Shown: one piece after another, positions 11,960 to 20,495 of the stretch
Layout: every line of letters begins with the position of its first letter
Position numbering within the stretch: position 1 is the stretch's first letter
Virus record (IMG/VR): IMGVR_UViG_3300034073_004654
Span: 12,893 to 76,892 of that record
Length of the DNA: 64,000 nucleotides
Direction: 5' to 3' (one strand)
Source of the DNA: a virus
Program-made: the position numbers and the translations under genes
The notes under the pieces: generated by a model
Seen by the model: only the letters and a program-made list of their open reading frames with translations
The model's database searches: none
What the model was told of the DNA's origin: nothing

Positions 11960-12343
11960 ATGAAAATTTTAATCCTAGATGATATGAAACACAGACATGA
12001 TGCTTTTGATGAAAGATATTCTAGCGATCAAATTGATCATGCCTATACTTATTCTGATTTTTTAGATCTTCTTATAAATAAATCTCCCTATGATATCATC
12101 ATGCTAGATCATGATTTAGATGACTTGGTTAAAAATTATGATTATTATTATGATGGCTGGGGAAGAAAAAGACCCTATAACGGACAACACGCAGCTATAA
12201 AAGTTACAGAACTTCCCGAAGAATTGCTGCCTCAAAAAGTGATCATTCAATCCGTTAACAAACAAGGCGCTCAAGCCATATTTAATATCATTCAAAATCG
12301 TGGACTAGATGTGGTTTTGGAACCTTTTGATTCAAATCAATAA
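11960..12343 (+). CDS. divergent receiver-fold protein (cyclic-phosphate processing REC-like)
   Basis: KILILDD...R, IMLDHDL, NG, IQS.N..G motif set. Confidence 0.6.
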   Translation: MKILILDDMKHRHDAFDERYSSDQIDHAYTYSDFLDLLINKSPYDIIMLDHDLDDLVKNYDYYYDGWGRKRPYNGQHAAIKVTELPEELLPQKVIIQSVNKQGAQAIFNIIQNRGLDVVLEPFDSNQ

Positions 12344-12571
12344 TTATGATTTTTTCTGTTGATTATCTTAACGGTCTTTGGAAAATCAATATCAACAATT
12401 CTCTGGCAGAAAATGAGTTGTTTGATTCTTCTCTGAAAACATTAAATCAAAACTGCAAAATTAAATCAGTTTTTTTGAACAATACCGTTTGGGCTTTTGA
12501 GGATATTCGTATGTTTGCAGACGCATGTGTTAGCTTACGAGAACGTGGCTTTGTTCAAGATTAATTTAATT

Positions 12572-12605
12572 AAAAGCCCGTTGACATTATCGTCAACGGG
12601 CTTTT
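12572..12605 (+). terminator. intrinsic terminator
   Basis: AAAAGCCCGTTGAC-attatc-GTCAACGGGCTTTT. Confidence 0.8.
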
Positions 12606-13533
12606 CTTTATGATTGCAAGGAGATAAATATGGGATGGTTTGGTTACGGAATTTATGATGGAGATGAAACTCAAACTTGTCATTATGCTTATATCCGTTG
12701 GGCAAAGATAGAATCCAACAAAAAAAAGATCAATGACTGGCTAACTGTTTCTGGTACAGTCTTGCCAGAAGATAAACGTCAACTACTTGTTACAAATTCC
12801 AATCTAATTCTTAAAAAACTAAAGAAGCCTAAGTTCTGGGACGAAGAATCGGCTATTGAATGGCAAATGCTTTTAGCTTTGTTCGTCGATAATAATTTAG
12901 CGACTCCAGAACTAATTCATAATACTGGAGTTGAAGCTACTGAATTTCTAATGGGTCAACATGCCGAAGAATTCGACTCCCCCAGGAAACGAAAATATCG
13001 GTTGCGAAAGTTTTTGAACAAAGCAAAAGAATTGAGAAACTCATGATTTATCGAGTCTCTATCTTAACCGAACTTCTTGTCGAAGCCGATAACGAAACCG
13101 AAGCCCGCAAAATTGGCTTTAGGAATGTTGTTGAAGAAATCAAAAATGGAACAGCAAAGTTATATCGTATGGAGCTTTTAGAATCTCAAGAAGATTTAAA
13201 AGGAGATGAACGAGGCTCTTTACCTTGGCGTTCTTCCGATAGAAAAACTCTACCAGAGTTAAGGGTGGAAGAAATTTTACCATCAGGTTTGGACTTGTAA
13301 TCATGAATGATTTTAATATCTTCGGATTTCATTTCCACAAAACCAACCCCGGAGAAATCAGCCACCAAGCAACTTGGGTTTGTTTCTACGGGGATTGCTA
13401 TTTTCAAACCAATGACTCTTTAATTAAATTAATTTTAGAAATCATCAAAGAATATAAACAAGATAAGCATTTAACAGGATGATTATTCCTCATATTCATT
13501 CTCATCCTCATCATCTTAGTCTTCGTCTTCATC

Positions 13534-14655
13534 TTAGTCTTCGTCTTCATCCTCATCCTCATCCTTAATATATGAAAGGAATTTACCTAAATCATTATTA
13601 ACTAATTCTTCTTCCCACCCATGTTCAAAATAGTTTAATAATTCCTTCATTTTTGATAAACATCCAATCATCCAGCTTCTTAAAGCTGAGGAATCTGTCT
13701 GCTCTATGATAGATGATTCTGTAATTTTTTTATTATATTCATCAAAAATATTTTGTAATTTAAAAGCGTTCCATGCATTTGAAGATGTGAAACCTTCTAA
13801 TGGCTTTAAAGCAAAAGCTATAAAATTGTCCACATTGGACAGCATTTGATGTTTTAATTTTGACAATATACCATCTACCAATTGTTTTACTTTTGGCGGC
13901 ACTTCTTTGGATTTAGAAATATAACTTTCTGATAAATTTGGTTTGATTTTATCAAATTTATTTCTAAGCTCTGCTTTGGCAATATGAAATATTTCTTCAA
14001 TGGTTTGAATTATTTCTCTTTTAGAGTGCCCTTTAAAATTCTTTATGAATAAAAATCTTATATACCCAGCTAGTCCTTGAGAGGTTTCATTTATAGGCTG
14101 AAATCCGCTTAAAGATGAAGCTAAATCTTCATTTAACTGATCCATCAATGTAATAACTTCCTTATTATCTTTGTCTTTTTGAGTTGTTAATTGATTAACA
14201 AAGTCATGTTCTATTACTTGGTGAATTAAATCATGAATTAATATAAAAATAGGACTTTCAACATTTTCGCTTTTGGAATCTAGAACACCTTGATTTTCTA
14301 AATGATTTAAAATATCATAAGCGTTAATTTTTGGAAATTTCTGATTATAAGAATCGCAAATAAATTTAATTAATTCTTTGGTTTTATCGTGAGATAAATA
14401 AAATGACTTTATGTCCTTATCTGAAGAACTACCTATGATTCCATAATTAATTTCTAAATTCTTAATAGCATTTTTGATTTTATTATCGAAAATAGCAAAA
14501 TTATTTATATCGTTATTAATTTTTGCCATTCTATTGCCAAACCAAAGACCTGAATGTAATTTTTTACCGAGCGGCTCTCTTAACTGAAATAACTCAGGAG
14601 AAGCAGCCAGTTTGGCAAATAAATTAACAGCTCTATTTAACAGCTTAATATCCAT
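13534..14655 (-). CDS. leader-family putative virion protein with acidic tail
   Basis: Likely start MDIKLLNRAVNLFAKLA at 14655; AATA-N6-TATT at 14661-14674; HDLIH zincin-like motif; C-terminal DEDEDEDED. Confidence 0.75.
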   Translation of the reverse strand: MDIKLLNRAVNLFAKLAASPELFQLREPLGKKLHSGLWFGNRMAKINNDINNFAIFDNKIKNAIKNLEINYGIIGSSSDKDIKSFYLSHDKTKELIKFICDSYNQKFPKINAYDILNHLENQGVLDSKSENVESPIFILIHDLIHQVIEHDFVNQLTTQKDKDNKEVITLMDQLNEDLASSLSGFQPINETSQGLAGYIRFLFIKNFKGHSKREIIQTIEEIFHIAKAELRNKFDKIKPNLSESYISKSKEVPPKVKQLVDGILSKLKHQMLSNVDNFIAFALKPLEGFTSSNAWNAFKLQNIFDEYNKKITESSIIEQTDSSALRSWMIGCLSKMKELLNYFEHGWEEELVNNDLGKFLSYIKDEDEDEDED

Positions 14656-14700
14656 GAAATAATATCTTGATATTAACATATTAAACTTACAAAGGGCATT

Positions 14701-14976
14701 ATGAGCGGCGGACATTTTAATTACAGCGGCTATATCTATTTCCAAGTAGAAGAATTTGCCGATCAATTAGAAAAAGATATTGCCAATAACAATACCCCAG
14801 ATGAATATGGTTATTCCCCAGGCTATAATGATGAAGTCATAGCTTATCTGAAATCCCAAGTTTCTAAGATTAGACAAATGGCGGAAACTATGCGAGCTAT
14901 TGATTACCTGTATTCAGGAGATCATGGCGAAGATTCTTTCATGGAAATTGTTAAGAAAATTGAGAAGTCTAAGTGA
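14701..14976 (+). CDS. conserved hypothetical phage protein
   Basis: MSGG.FNY...DYLYSGD.GEDSF pattern. Confidence 0.7.
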   Translation: MSGGHFNYSGYIYFQVEEFADQLEKDIANNNTPDEYGYSPGYNDEVIAYLKSQVSKIRQMAETMRAIDYLYSGDHGEDSFMEIVKKIEKSK

Positions 14977-15063
14977 TATTGTTAATCGAATAATGTCATA
15001 GCTTTTTGTCATAGCTTGTCATAGCTTAAACTTACTATTAAGTGAATATTTTCATATTCAAAT

Positions 15064-15732
15064 ATGAAAATATCAAGTTTAATTAATACCATTAATAAAT
15101 TTGCAACATTAGTTAAATTAGCATCCAATTCTCTTGAAAAAGAAACCATGGGTATAATACATATTCCCTTTGGGCGAGAGTTTATGCTCAAGGAAACCAT
15201 AAGAATTCCCAGTTCCAAAGAAGGTCAATTTTATTATTTGAACCCAGGAACGGCTCTTAAGATAGTCGATTATACTTCAGATGGGACTCCTAAATGGAGC
15301 GTCTCTGGATGGTATTCAGAAAGAATTTTTAATTTATCAGAAGAAGATAAATTAAAACTTTTAGATTTAAGAAGCTTTTTTTCAGAGGCAGCTAGCCTTT
15401 TAAAAGGTGGTAAATTTTTTCCACCAGAATCAAATAATATTAAAGTTTTTAAAATTATTAATGACGAAAATTTAGAAATCTTTATTAGTTTTGATCCGGA
15501 ACTTAACATTGAAACTTATGGTCTTGAAGAAGATCAATATCTTAGCCCCTCCCAAACTTATAAAGAAGAGCAATCCAAAAACGATCCAAATAAAAAATTT
15601 AAATCTTTAAGAAAAGAAGCCATAAGAGCTTTTTCTTCACCCCTTGCATTTCTTCGATTCTGTGGAGTTCCTATCAAATTAGATGTGTTAGGCGATGACC
15701 CATCTATCTTAGAAGAAGAACAAGAAGATTGA
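15064..15732 (+). CDS. leader-family putative virion protein
   Basis: MKISSLINTINKFATLVKLA; AATA-N6-TATT at 15045-15058. Confidence 0.75.
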   Translation: MKISSLINTINKFATLVKLASNSLEKETMGIIHIPFGREFMLKETIRIPSSKEGQFYYLNPGTALKIVDYTSDGTPKWSVSGWYSERIFNLSEEDKLKLLDLRSFFSEAASLLKGGKFFPPESNNIKVFKIINDENLEIFISFDPELNIETYGLEEDQYLSPSQTYKEEQSKNDPNKKFKSLRKEAIRAFSSPLAFLRFCGVPIKLDVLGDDPSILEEEQED

Positions 15733-15940
15733 TTCGCCCAAGGAATTATGAGCAGTAAAACTTCTTCAGTCTTTTCTGGCTTCCTCGTTGTCATCGAAGG
15801 TAAATCCGAAAAACTATTCTCGGATTCTAAAGATGCCATTAACTTCGTGATTAAAGAAAAATCCAAACCAGTTACCCTCTACCATCCAGAAGGATATGTC
15901 ATTCTTAGCAAAAACCAAGAAGCCGCTAAGAAAAATTAAT

Positions 15941-16852
15941 TTATATTTTTACGTTCCTCAAATATCTTAAATAATGTTCTACTGGAGTTTCTTTATTTTC
16001 TTGTCGAGAGGTTTTTCCGGCTGGCTTTGGAAGTCGATTCTCTGCCGGTAAAATTTCTTCAATCCCTGCACGATCTAACATATCACTGTGAGTTGTTTTA
16101 ATTTTTCCAGCATTGTCCTCCACAAATGATATGAAAACCCTTCCAGGCATTTTATTGTTATTCATAAATGATCCAATCTCACCAGCCAATGAATTAATCG
16201 CCGCTTCATAAGCCTCTTTATCAAATGGAATGATTTCCTTCTTACCCAATGGAGTTTTTGGATAATCTTTTGTCTCTAATCCACCAGCTCTCATTACCGG
16301 ATCTTTAAATAATCCAGGATTATCATATTGAGGAAAATCATCCCAGAAATCTTGAGGCACTACCCCTAAAGGTTCGCTAATCGTCACAAAATAAATTTCT
16401 CCATTGATCGGCAATTCCCCAGACTTTGCCATCTCTAAAATTCGATGATAAGCATTGTATAAATCAGATTTTTTAGGTCTGGTTAATCCCCAAGGCTTTG
16501 TCTTTGCACAAGGTACTAAAATAATTACCTTGTAACGCTTAGGGATTTTAAACCCCCTCATCTTATCCATCCATCCTTTAATTTTAGGATGATTCAATAA
16601 TTTAACAGTTTCTCCAGGAGTATAAGCCGTCAGTTCCGAATCCAATTTCGGATTAGATCTCTTGCTTCGATTTAATAAATACTCTCTAAAAGGTTCCCAT
16701 TTCTCACGACCTACATATGGAAAGTTTGAACCAGAACGAGATTGCCCTAATTGCCCCCTCTCAATATCAGATAAATCTATAGATGCTCTTTCATTCTCAG
16801 ATGCTAATCTGTAAAAGGCGTCTACTGCTTGAGCTAATTTCCAAATTTTCAT
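15941..16852 (-). CDS. leader-family protein with DUF5591/archaeosine synthase (ArcS)-like domain
   Basis: Leader MKIWKLAQAVDAFYRLA; ILVPCAKTKPW and TISEPLGVVP...P.YD motifs. Confidence 0.6.
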   Translation of the reverse strand: MKIWKLAQAVDAFYRLASENERASIDLSDIERGQLGQSRSGSNFPYVGREKWEPFREYLLNRSKRSNPKLDSELTAYTPGETVKLLNHPKIKGWMDKMRGFKIPKRYKVIILVPCAKTKPWGLTRPKKSDLYNAYHRILEMAKSGELPINGEIYFVTISEPLGVVPQDFWDDFPQYDNPGLFKDPVMRAGGLETKDYPKTPLGKKEIIPFDKEAYEAAINSLAGEIGSFMNNNKMPGRVFISFVEDNAGKIKTTHSDMLDRAGIEEILPAENRLPKPAGKTSRQENKETPVEHYLRYLRNVKI

Positions 16853-16910
16853 ATAGTTATGTTTGCTAAATGATATGCCGCTGACCAAATATTATTCAAC
16901 TTTGTCGAGC

Positions 16911-16939
16911 TTGACAGCGTAAAGTAAGAGTGTTATAGT
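16911..16939 (+). promoter_or_regulatory. sigma70-like promoter (extended -10)
   Basis: TTGACA-17-TATAGT with TGn; preceded by TGTCGAGC. Confidence 0.8.
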
Positions 16940-17130
16940 ATGAGCATGAACGAGGTCGAGACAAACCAAAATCAACTAAGCCTACTCTTTGAATCTATCA
17001 GAGATTCCTTGGATAGACTCCAAAAAGTTGAGCCAAAAACCGCTTCCAGATGGATGGATAAAATTCAATGGCTGAAAGAAGATTTGGAAAAAGATGCCAG
17101 ACAGGCGGAAAAATGGAGCGAAATGAAGGC

Positions 17131-17158
17131 TTGACAGGAAAAAAGGAAGGGTTATAGT
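17131..17158 (+). promoter_or_regulatory. sigma70-like promoter for the tRNA-Arg/tRNA-Asn region
   Basis: TTGACA-16-TATAGT. Confidence 0.75.
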
Positions 17159-17204
17159 AAGGGTGTCGAGAGTGTGAGAGAGAGTAAGTAGTTAAGATAT
17201 ATAT

Positions 17205-17274
17205 GCCTTGCGGGACGGATTCCCAGTGAAAACTTCTAATTTTTACGTTCTATGTTCGACTCATAGGCAAGGCG
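17205..17274 (+). tRNA. tRNA-Arg(UCU), non-canonical short D-arm
   Basis: GCCTTGC/GCAAGGC acceptor, GGGA-CGGAT-TCCC D-arm, GTGAAAA-CTTCTAA-TTTTTAC anticodon arm, CTATG-TTCGACT-CATAG T-arm. Confidence 0.7.
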
Positions 17275-17407
17275 CTAACCTTAAAGGTTCGAATCTTAAA
17301 TTAAAAAATAAAAGCATAGGTAAAATAAAAAAAATGATGTAAGTAAAAAAATCTTGATATAGAATAAGAAGCTAAAAACAAAACAAGCAAAGACACTGAA
17401 CATATAT

Positions 17408-17687
17408 TCTGGAGTAGCACAATAGGTGGTGCAATCGGCTGTTTATAAATGGCAGCTTTCTATAGTAATGTAGATTGAAAAAGACTCTAAATTCAGGGAA
17501 CCCTTCATCGAAAGATATGGCAATCCTGAGCCAAACCGGGAAACCGGGAGGTGCAGAGACTATAATGGGTCCATCCTTTAAAGAGGATGATGGGATAGTC
17601 CAGACTACAAACAATAGAAATATTGGTAATGAAAATTATAGTAGCAAAGTAACCGATTGGTTATTGGTTCGACCCCAATCTCCAGAG
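17408..17687 (+). tRNA. tRNA-Asn(GUU) interrupted by a group I intron (exons 17408-17442 and 17650-17687)
   Basis: Spliced product gives TCTGGAG/CTCCAGA acceptor, ATCGG-CTGTTAA-CCGAT anticodon arm, ATTGG-TTCGACC-CCAAT T-arm, G73. Confidence 0.88.
17443..17649 (+). ncRNA. group I self-splicing intron (IC3-like), 207 nt
   Basis: P1 GCTGT/GCAGC with U-G; core elements AAATTCAGGGAA, AATCCTGAGC, GCAGAGACTA, GATAGTCC; terminal G. Confidence 0.88.
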
Positions 17688-17691
17688 CAAA

Positions 17692-17728
17692 TAAAACGAG
17701 GCTAGTTAATTCTAGTCTCGTTTTTTTT
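17692..17728 (+). terminator. intrinsic terminator after tRNA-Asn
   Basis: AAAACGAGGCTAG...CTAGTCTCGTTTTTTTT. Confidence 0.7.
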
Positions 17729-17770
17729 ATTTCTAGTCGAGAGGCTATAATAATTACACATCATAGCCTT

Positions 17771-18340
17771 ATGAGTAATCGTTCGGAACATGTAAAAAAA
17801 TGGAGAAAAAATTCTAAACAAAGGATCATTGCTGCTATGGGCGGATCTTGTTGTATCTGCGGATATAACAAATGCGACTCTTCTTTGGCAATGCATCATT
17901 TGGATCCGTCTAAAAAAGATTTTACTTTTGGCTCAGTAAGAGCCAGTCCAGTAAATTGGCAGACCGTTGTTGAAGAATTAAGAAAGTGTATTTTGGTTTG
18001 TCACAACTGCCATTCTGAAATACACGCAGGCATTACACCTGTTCCAGAAAATCATCCAAAATTCGACGAGTCTTATGCCGATTATAAGATGGATAGAAAA
18101 TATAGATCTTATACTCCATGTTTGTTTTGCAATAAATTAAAGGGTAAAAGTTTTAAATATTGTTCTCCAGAGTGCGCTTCCAAATCATCTCGTAAAGTGG
18201 ATTGGGATCTTATAGATTTAGAAGAAGAATTAAAAACAAAATCAGTTTTAAAGCTATCAAAAGAATTAGGCTGTTCCGATGTTGCCATTCATAAAAGATT
18301 AAAAAGAATGGGGTTAAAAAATAAATCCCCCTCCCCTTAA
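17771..18340 (+). CDS. HNH (homing-type) endonuclease
   Basis: GGSCCICGY..C...L.MHH.DP..K, KCILVCHNCH.EIH; second zinc finger and C-terminal HTH. Confidence 0.8.
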   Translation: MSNRSEHVKKWRKNSKQRIIAAMGGSCCICGYNKCDSSLAMHHLDPSKKDFTFGSVRASPVNWQTVVEELRKCILVCHNCHSEIHAGITPVPENHPKFDESYADYKMDRKYRSYTPCLFCNKLKGKSFKYCSPECASKSSRKVDWDLIDLEEELKTKSVLKLSKELGCSDVAIHKRLKRMGLKNKSPSP

Positions 18341-18474
18341 TCAACTTTCCTTTACCAGTCCTCCTTCTTAGTAAAGGATCATTTACTAGTAACTTTGGAT
18401 AATAAAGGATCGTTTACTAGCTAGCGACCTTTGATTAATTCGGTATAATGACATTGGAACATTAAGGATAGCTC

Positions 18475-19497
18475 ATGTCAAAAATCTCAAAAATCCTAGA
18501 AGCCTGCGATATTTTCTCTCGTCTTGTAAAAAAAGCTGATTATTCAGCTGACATTACAGATGGCAAGAAAGCTTTAAATAATTTGAAATCCGTCATTGAG
18601 GGATTGGATATTGAATCTTTTAGAAGGATTTTAGAAGAGGAAAATGACGAATATCGTTATTTACCTGGAAGATTAATGGGGGATAAATATAAAGATTGCA
18701 GGGTTCAATTTCAATATAAGGATGAACCGCAAAAAGAAGATAAGTTTATTAATTTTGAAATAGTTAACAGGGATGATTACGAGGATTATGAAGCTTATGA
18801 GGATGATAAGCCAATATCCACTCCAATTGGACCTGCCATTTTACAAGACGGCTATGATTTAGAATTAATATTAGATATTGATAGTTTTTCAAGTCATCGA
18901 AATTATTTATTTAGTGAAGGTCGAACTCGTCCCAGTGAATTTTTTGAATTTAAAATAGAAGAAGGAGCTGAAGAAGATGAATACATTAATGACTTAGATG
19001 AGGCTTATTTAATTGGATTAAAGAAAGCAATTATTAAGGCTTGTTCAAAGGAGCAGCCTGCATTTTATCATGAGGTGGCTCATTTAAGAAGAATGAGAAA
19101 GCAAAACCCTATAGAATTTATTAAGCAATGGAACCCATCAAAATCGCCCAATGTACCATTAAATTTGATGAAAGCTAATTTTAAAACTGATACTGAGTTA
19201 TATCCACAGGAGTTGGAGCGATTTTCTAATGAACTTCGCAAATTAATTAATGAATTTAATTTAAGAAAAAGCAAAAGAGATCCTTCTTGGGAGGAGCTAA
19301 GTTTCTTGGATTTCTTGGATCAAATTTATGATATGCGGTCCAAACATAATTTTATTACATCTATGAAGGGAAGAATGGATATCGGTCTTGGTTTCTATGA
19401 TGAATATGATGATTATTCAAAATCCGCGATAAAAAGAATTTCCAAGTTTTACGATGACATGGTAGCTGGGAAATTTAAAGATACGCTTGGCATTTAA
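18475..19497 (+). CDS. leader-family protein with zincin motif
   Basis: MSKISKILEACDIFSRLVKKA leader; FYHEVAH. Confidence 0.7.
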   Translation: MSKISKILEACDIFSRLVKKADYSADITDGKKALNNLKSVIEGLDIESFRRILEEENDEYRYLPGRLMGDKYKDCRVQFQYKDEPQKEDKFINFEIVNRDDYEDYEAYEDDKPISTPIGPAILQDGYDLELILDIDSFSSHRNYLFSEGRTRPSEFFEFKIEEGAEEDEYINDLDEAYLIGLKKAIIKACSKEQPAFYHEVAHLRRMRKQNPIEFIKQWNPSKSPNVPLNLMKANFKTDTELYPQELERFSNELRKLINEFNLRKSKRDPSWEELSFLDFLDQIYDMRSKHNFITSMKGRMDIGLGFYDEYDDYSKSAIKRISKFYDDMVAGKFKDTLGI

Positions 19498-19514
19498 TAA
19501 TTGAACATAAAGTT

Positions 19515-20363
19515 ATGTCAAAGATTGTGAAACTTTTAAAAGCCTGCGAGATATTTTCTCAATTGGTTAAGAGTGCTCAAGAGCAATTAGAATTACCTTT
19601 TGGTGAAGATTTGAAATATGGCGATCCTGGATATTGGGAATATGCCAACGATGAATCAATTAATTATGATTTTGATGAATGGGTTAATGGATACATCACC
19701 ATAACGTATACTGATTTATTTAAGTTTTTTGACAGGTTAGAAATAAAATATAAAGCTTGTGGAAAAACTTTGCAACCAGCATGGGGATTGGTTTTTAATC
19801 ATGATGATGAAAAATACGTTTTAACTTTTGAAGGAAAAGTTAGTAACATTGAGGAGTTAAGACGATCTGAGAATGAATGTGATTCTCCTACTGAAGCTAA
19901 GAGTTTTGTTGTTGGGGCTGATGAAGATGATTTAGATAGATATGTAGGAGAATCTACGATAAGCGAAGATTTTTGGGAGTCTCCATCGGTCTTATATCAT
20001 GCTACAAGTTTTGATAATAAAGAAGACATTTTAGAGGATGGATTAATTGCAAAAAATGATGCTAGGGCGATTATAAATAAATCTGTTGGTTCGGCAGTTT
20101 TTACAAGCACCAATCCTGATGCAATTGATGCTTATGGTGGATTAATCTTTGAAATTGACACTCAAGCAATGAAAGCAAATGGTTACACTCCAGAGATCGG
20201 AATAGAGCCAGACATCATTGAAGGCGAAAGAAAGCAATCATTGGCTCATATGGTTGGATTAGAAGATTATAATTATGATTATACCGACATTGGGGTGGAC
20301 CCTGATACCATCATTGTTTTTGGCGATATACCTAGTGAATATTTAAAGGTTTACCAAGAATAA
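19515..20363 (+). CDS. leader-family protein with C-terminal ADP-ribosyltransferase-like (Tpt1/PARP-type) domain
   Basis: Leader ...LVKSA; LYHAT....IL..GL, AVFTS, YG..IFEID, IIV.GDIP.EYL. Confidence 0.6.
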   Translation: MSKIVKLLKACEIFSQLVKSAQEQLELPFGEDLKYGDPGYWEYANDESINYDFDEWVNGYITITYTDLFKFFDRLEIKYKACGKTLQPAWGLVFNHDDEKYVLTFEGKVSNIEELRRSENECDSPTEAKSFVVGADEDDLDRYVGESTISEDFWESPSVLYHATSFDNKEDILEDGLIAKNDARAIINKSVGSAVFTSTNPDAIDAYGGLIFEIDTQAMKANGYTPEIGIEPDIIEGERKQSLAHMVGLEDYNYDYTDIGVDPDTIIVFGDIPSEYLKVYQE

Positions 20364-20495
20364 TCAATTTCGTTTGACACAATAGTTGTCGAGAGTTATA
20401 TCATCCCCACCGCATCTAAACCTTAGATGCAAAATAAACCTACAAATCTAATCGTTTACTGATTAGTTTATTAATTATTTAAAAAGGAAAGCAAT

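Larger units (their letters stand above)
6378..13300 (+). other. Cluster of small phage early genes with internal promoters (7897, 9429, 10459)
   Basis: Tandem ORFs with RBSs; TTGACA-16-TANNTT promoters. Confidence 0.7.

Noticed and set aside
12581-12614. TTGACA as a promoter -35
   Set aside because: It lies in the stem of a terminator hairpin and has no -10 at 16-18 bp.
14656-14766. N-terminal extensions in the ORF track (e.g. 14766, 16888, 20869, 550, 56726, 17657)
   Set aside because: They run through promoters, tRNAs or neighbouring genes; downstream ATGs with an RBS or the leader motif fit better.
17205-17274. Reading the odd tRNA as an amber suppressor/tRNA-Pyl (CTA in the loop)
   Set aside because: Stem symmetry centres the 7-nt loop CTTCTAA on TCT; a CUA register breaks the stem, and no recoding is evident.
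17284-17298. AAGGTTCGAATCTT T-arm-like hairpin
   Set aside because: No acceptor, D or anticodon arm can be built; at most a decayed tRNA remnant.
17475-17705. 76-aa ORF within the tRNA-Asn intron
   Set aside because: It overlaps the ribozyme core and 3' exon, has a TTG start and no endonuclease motifs.
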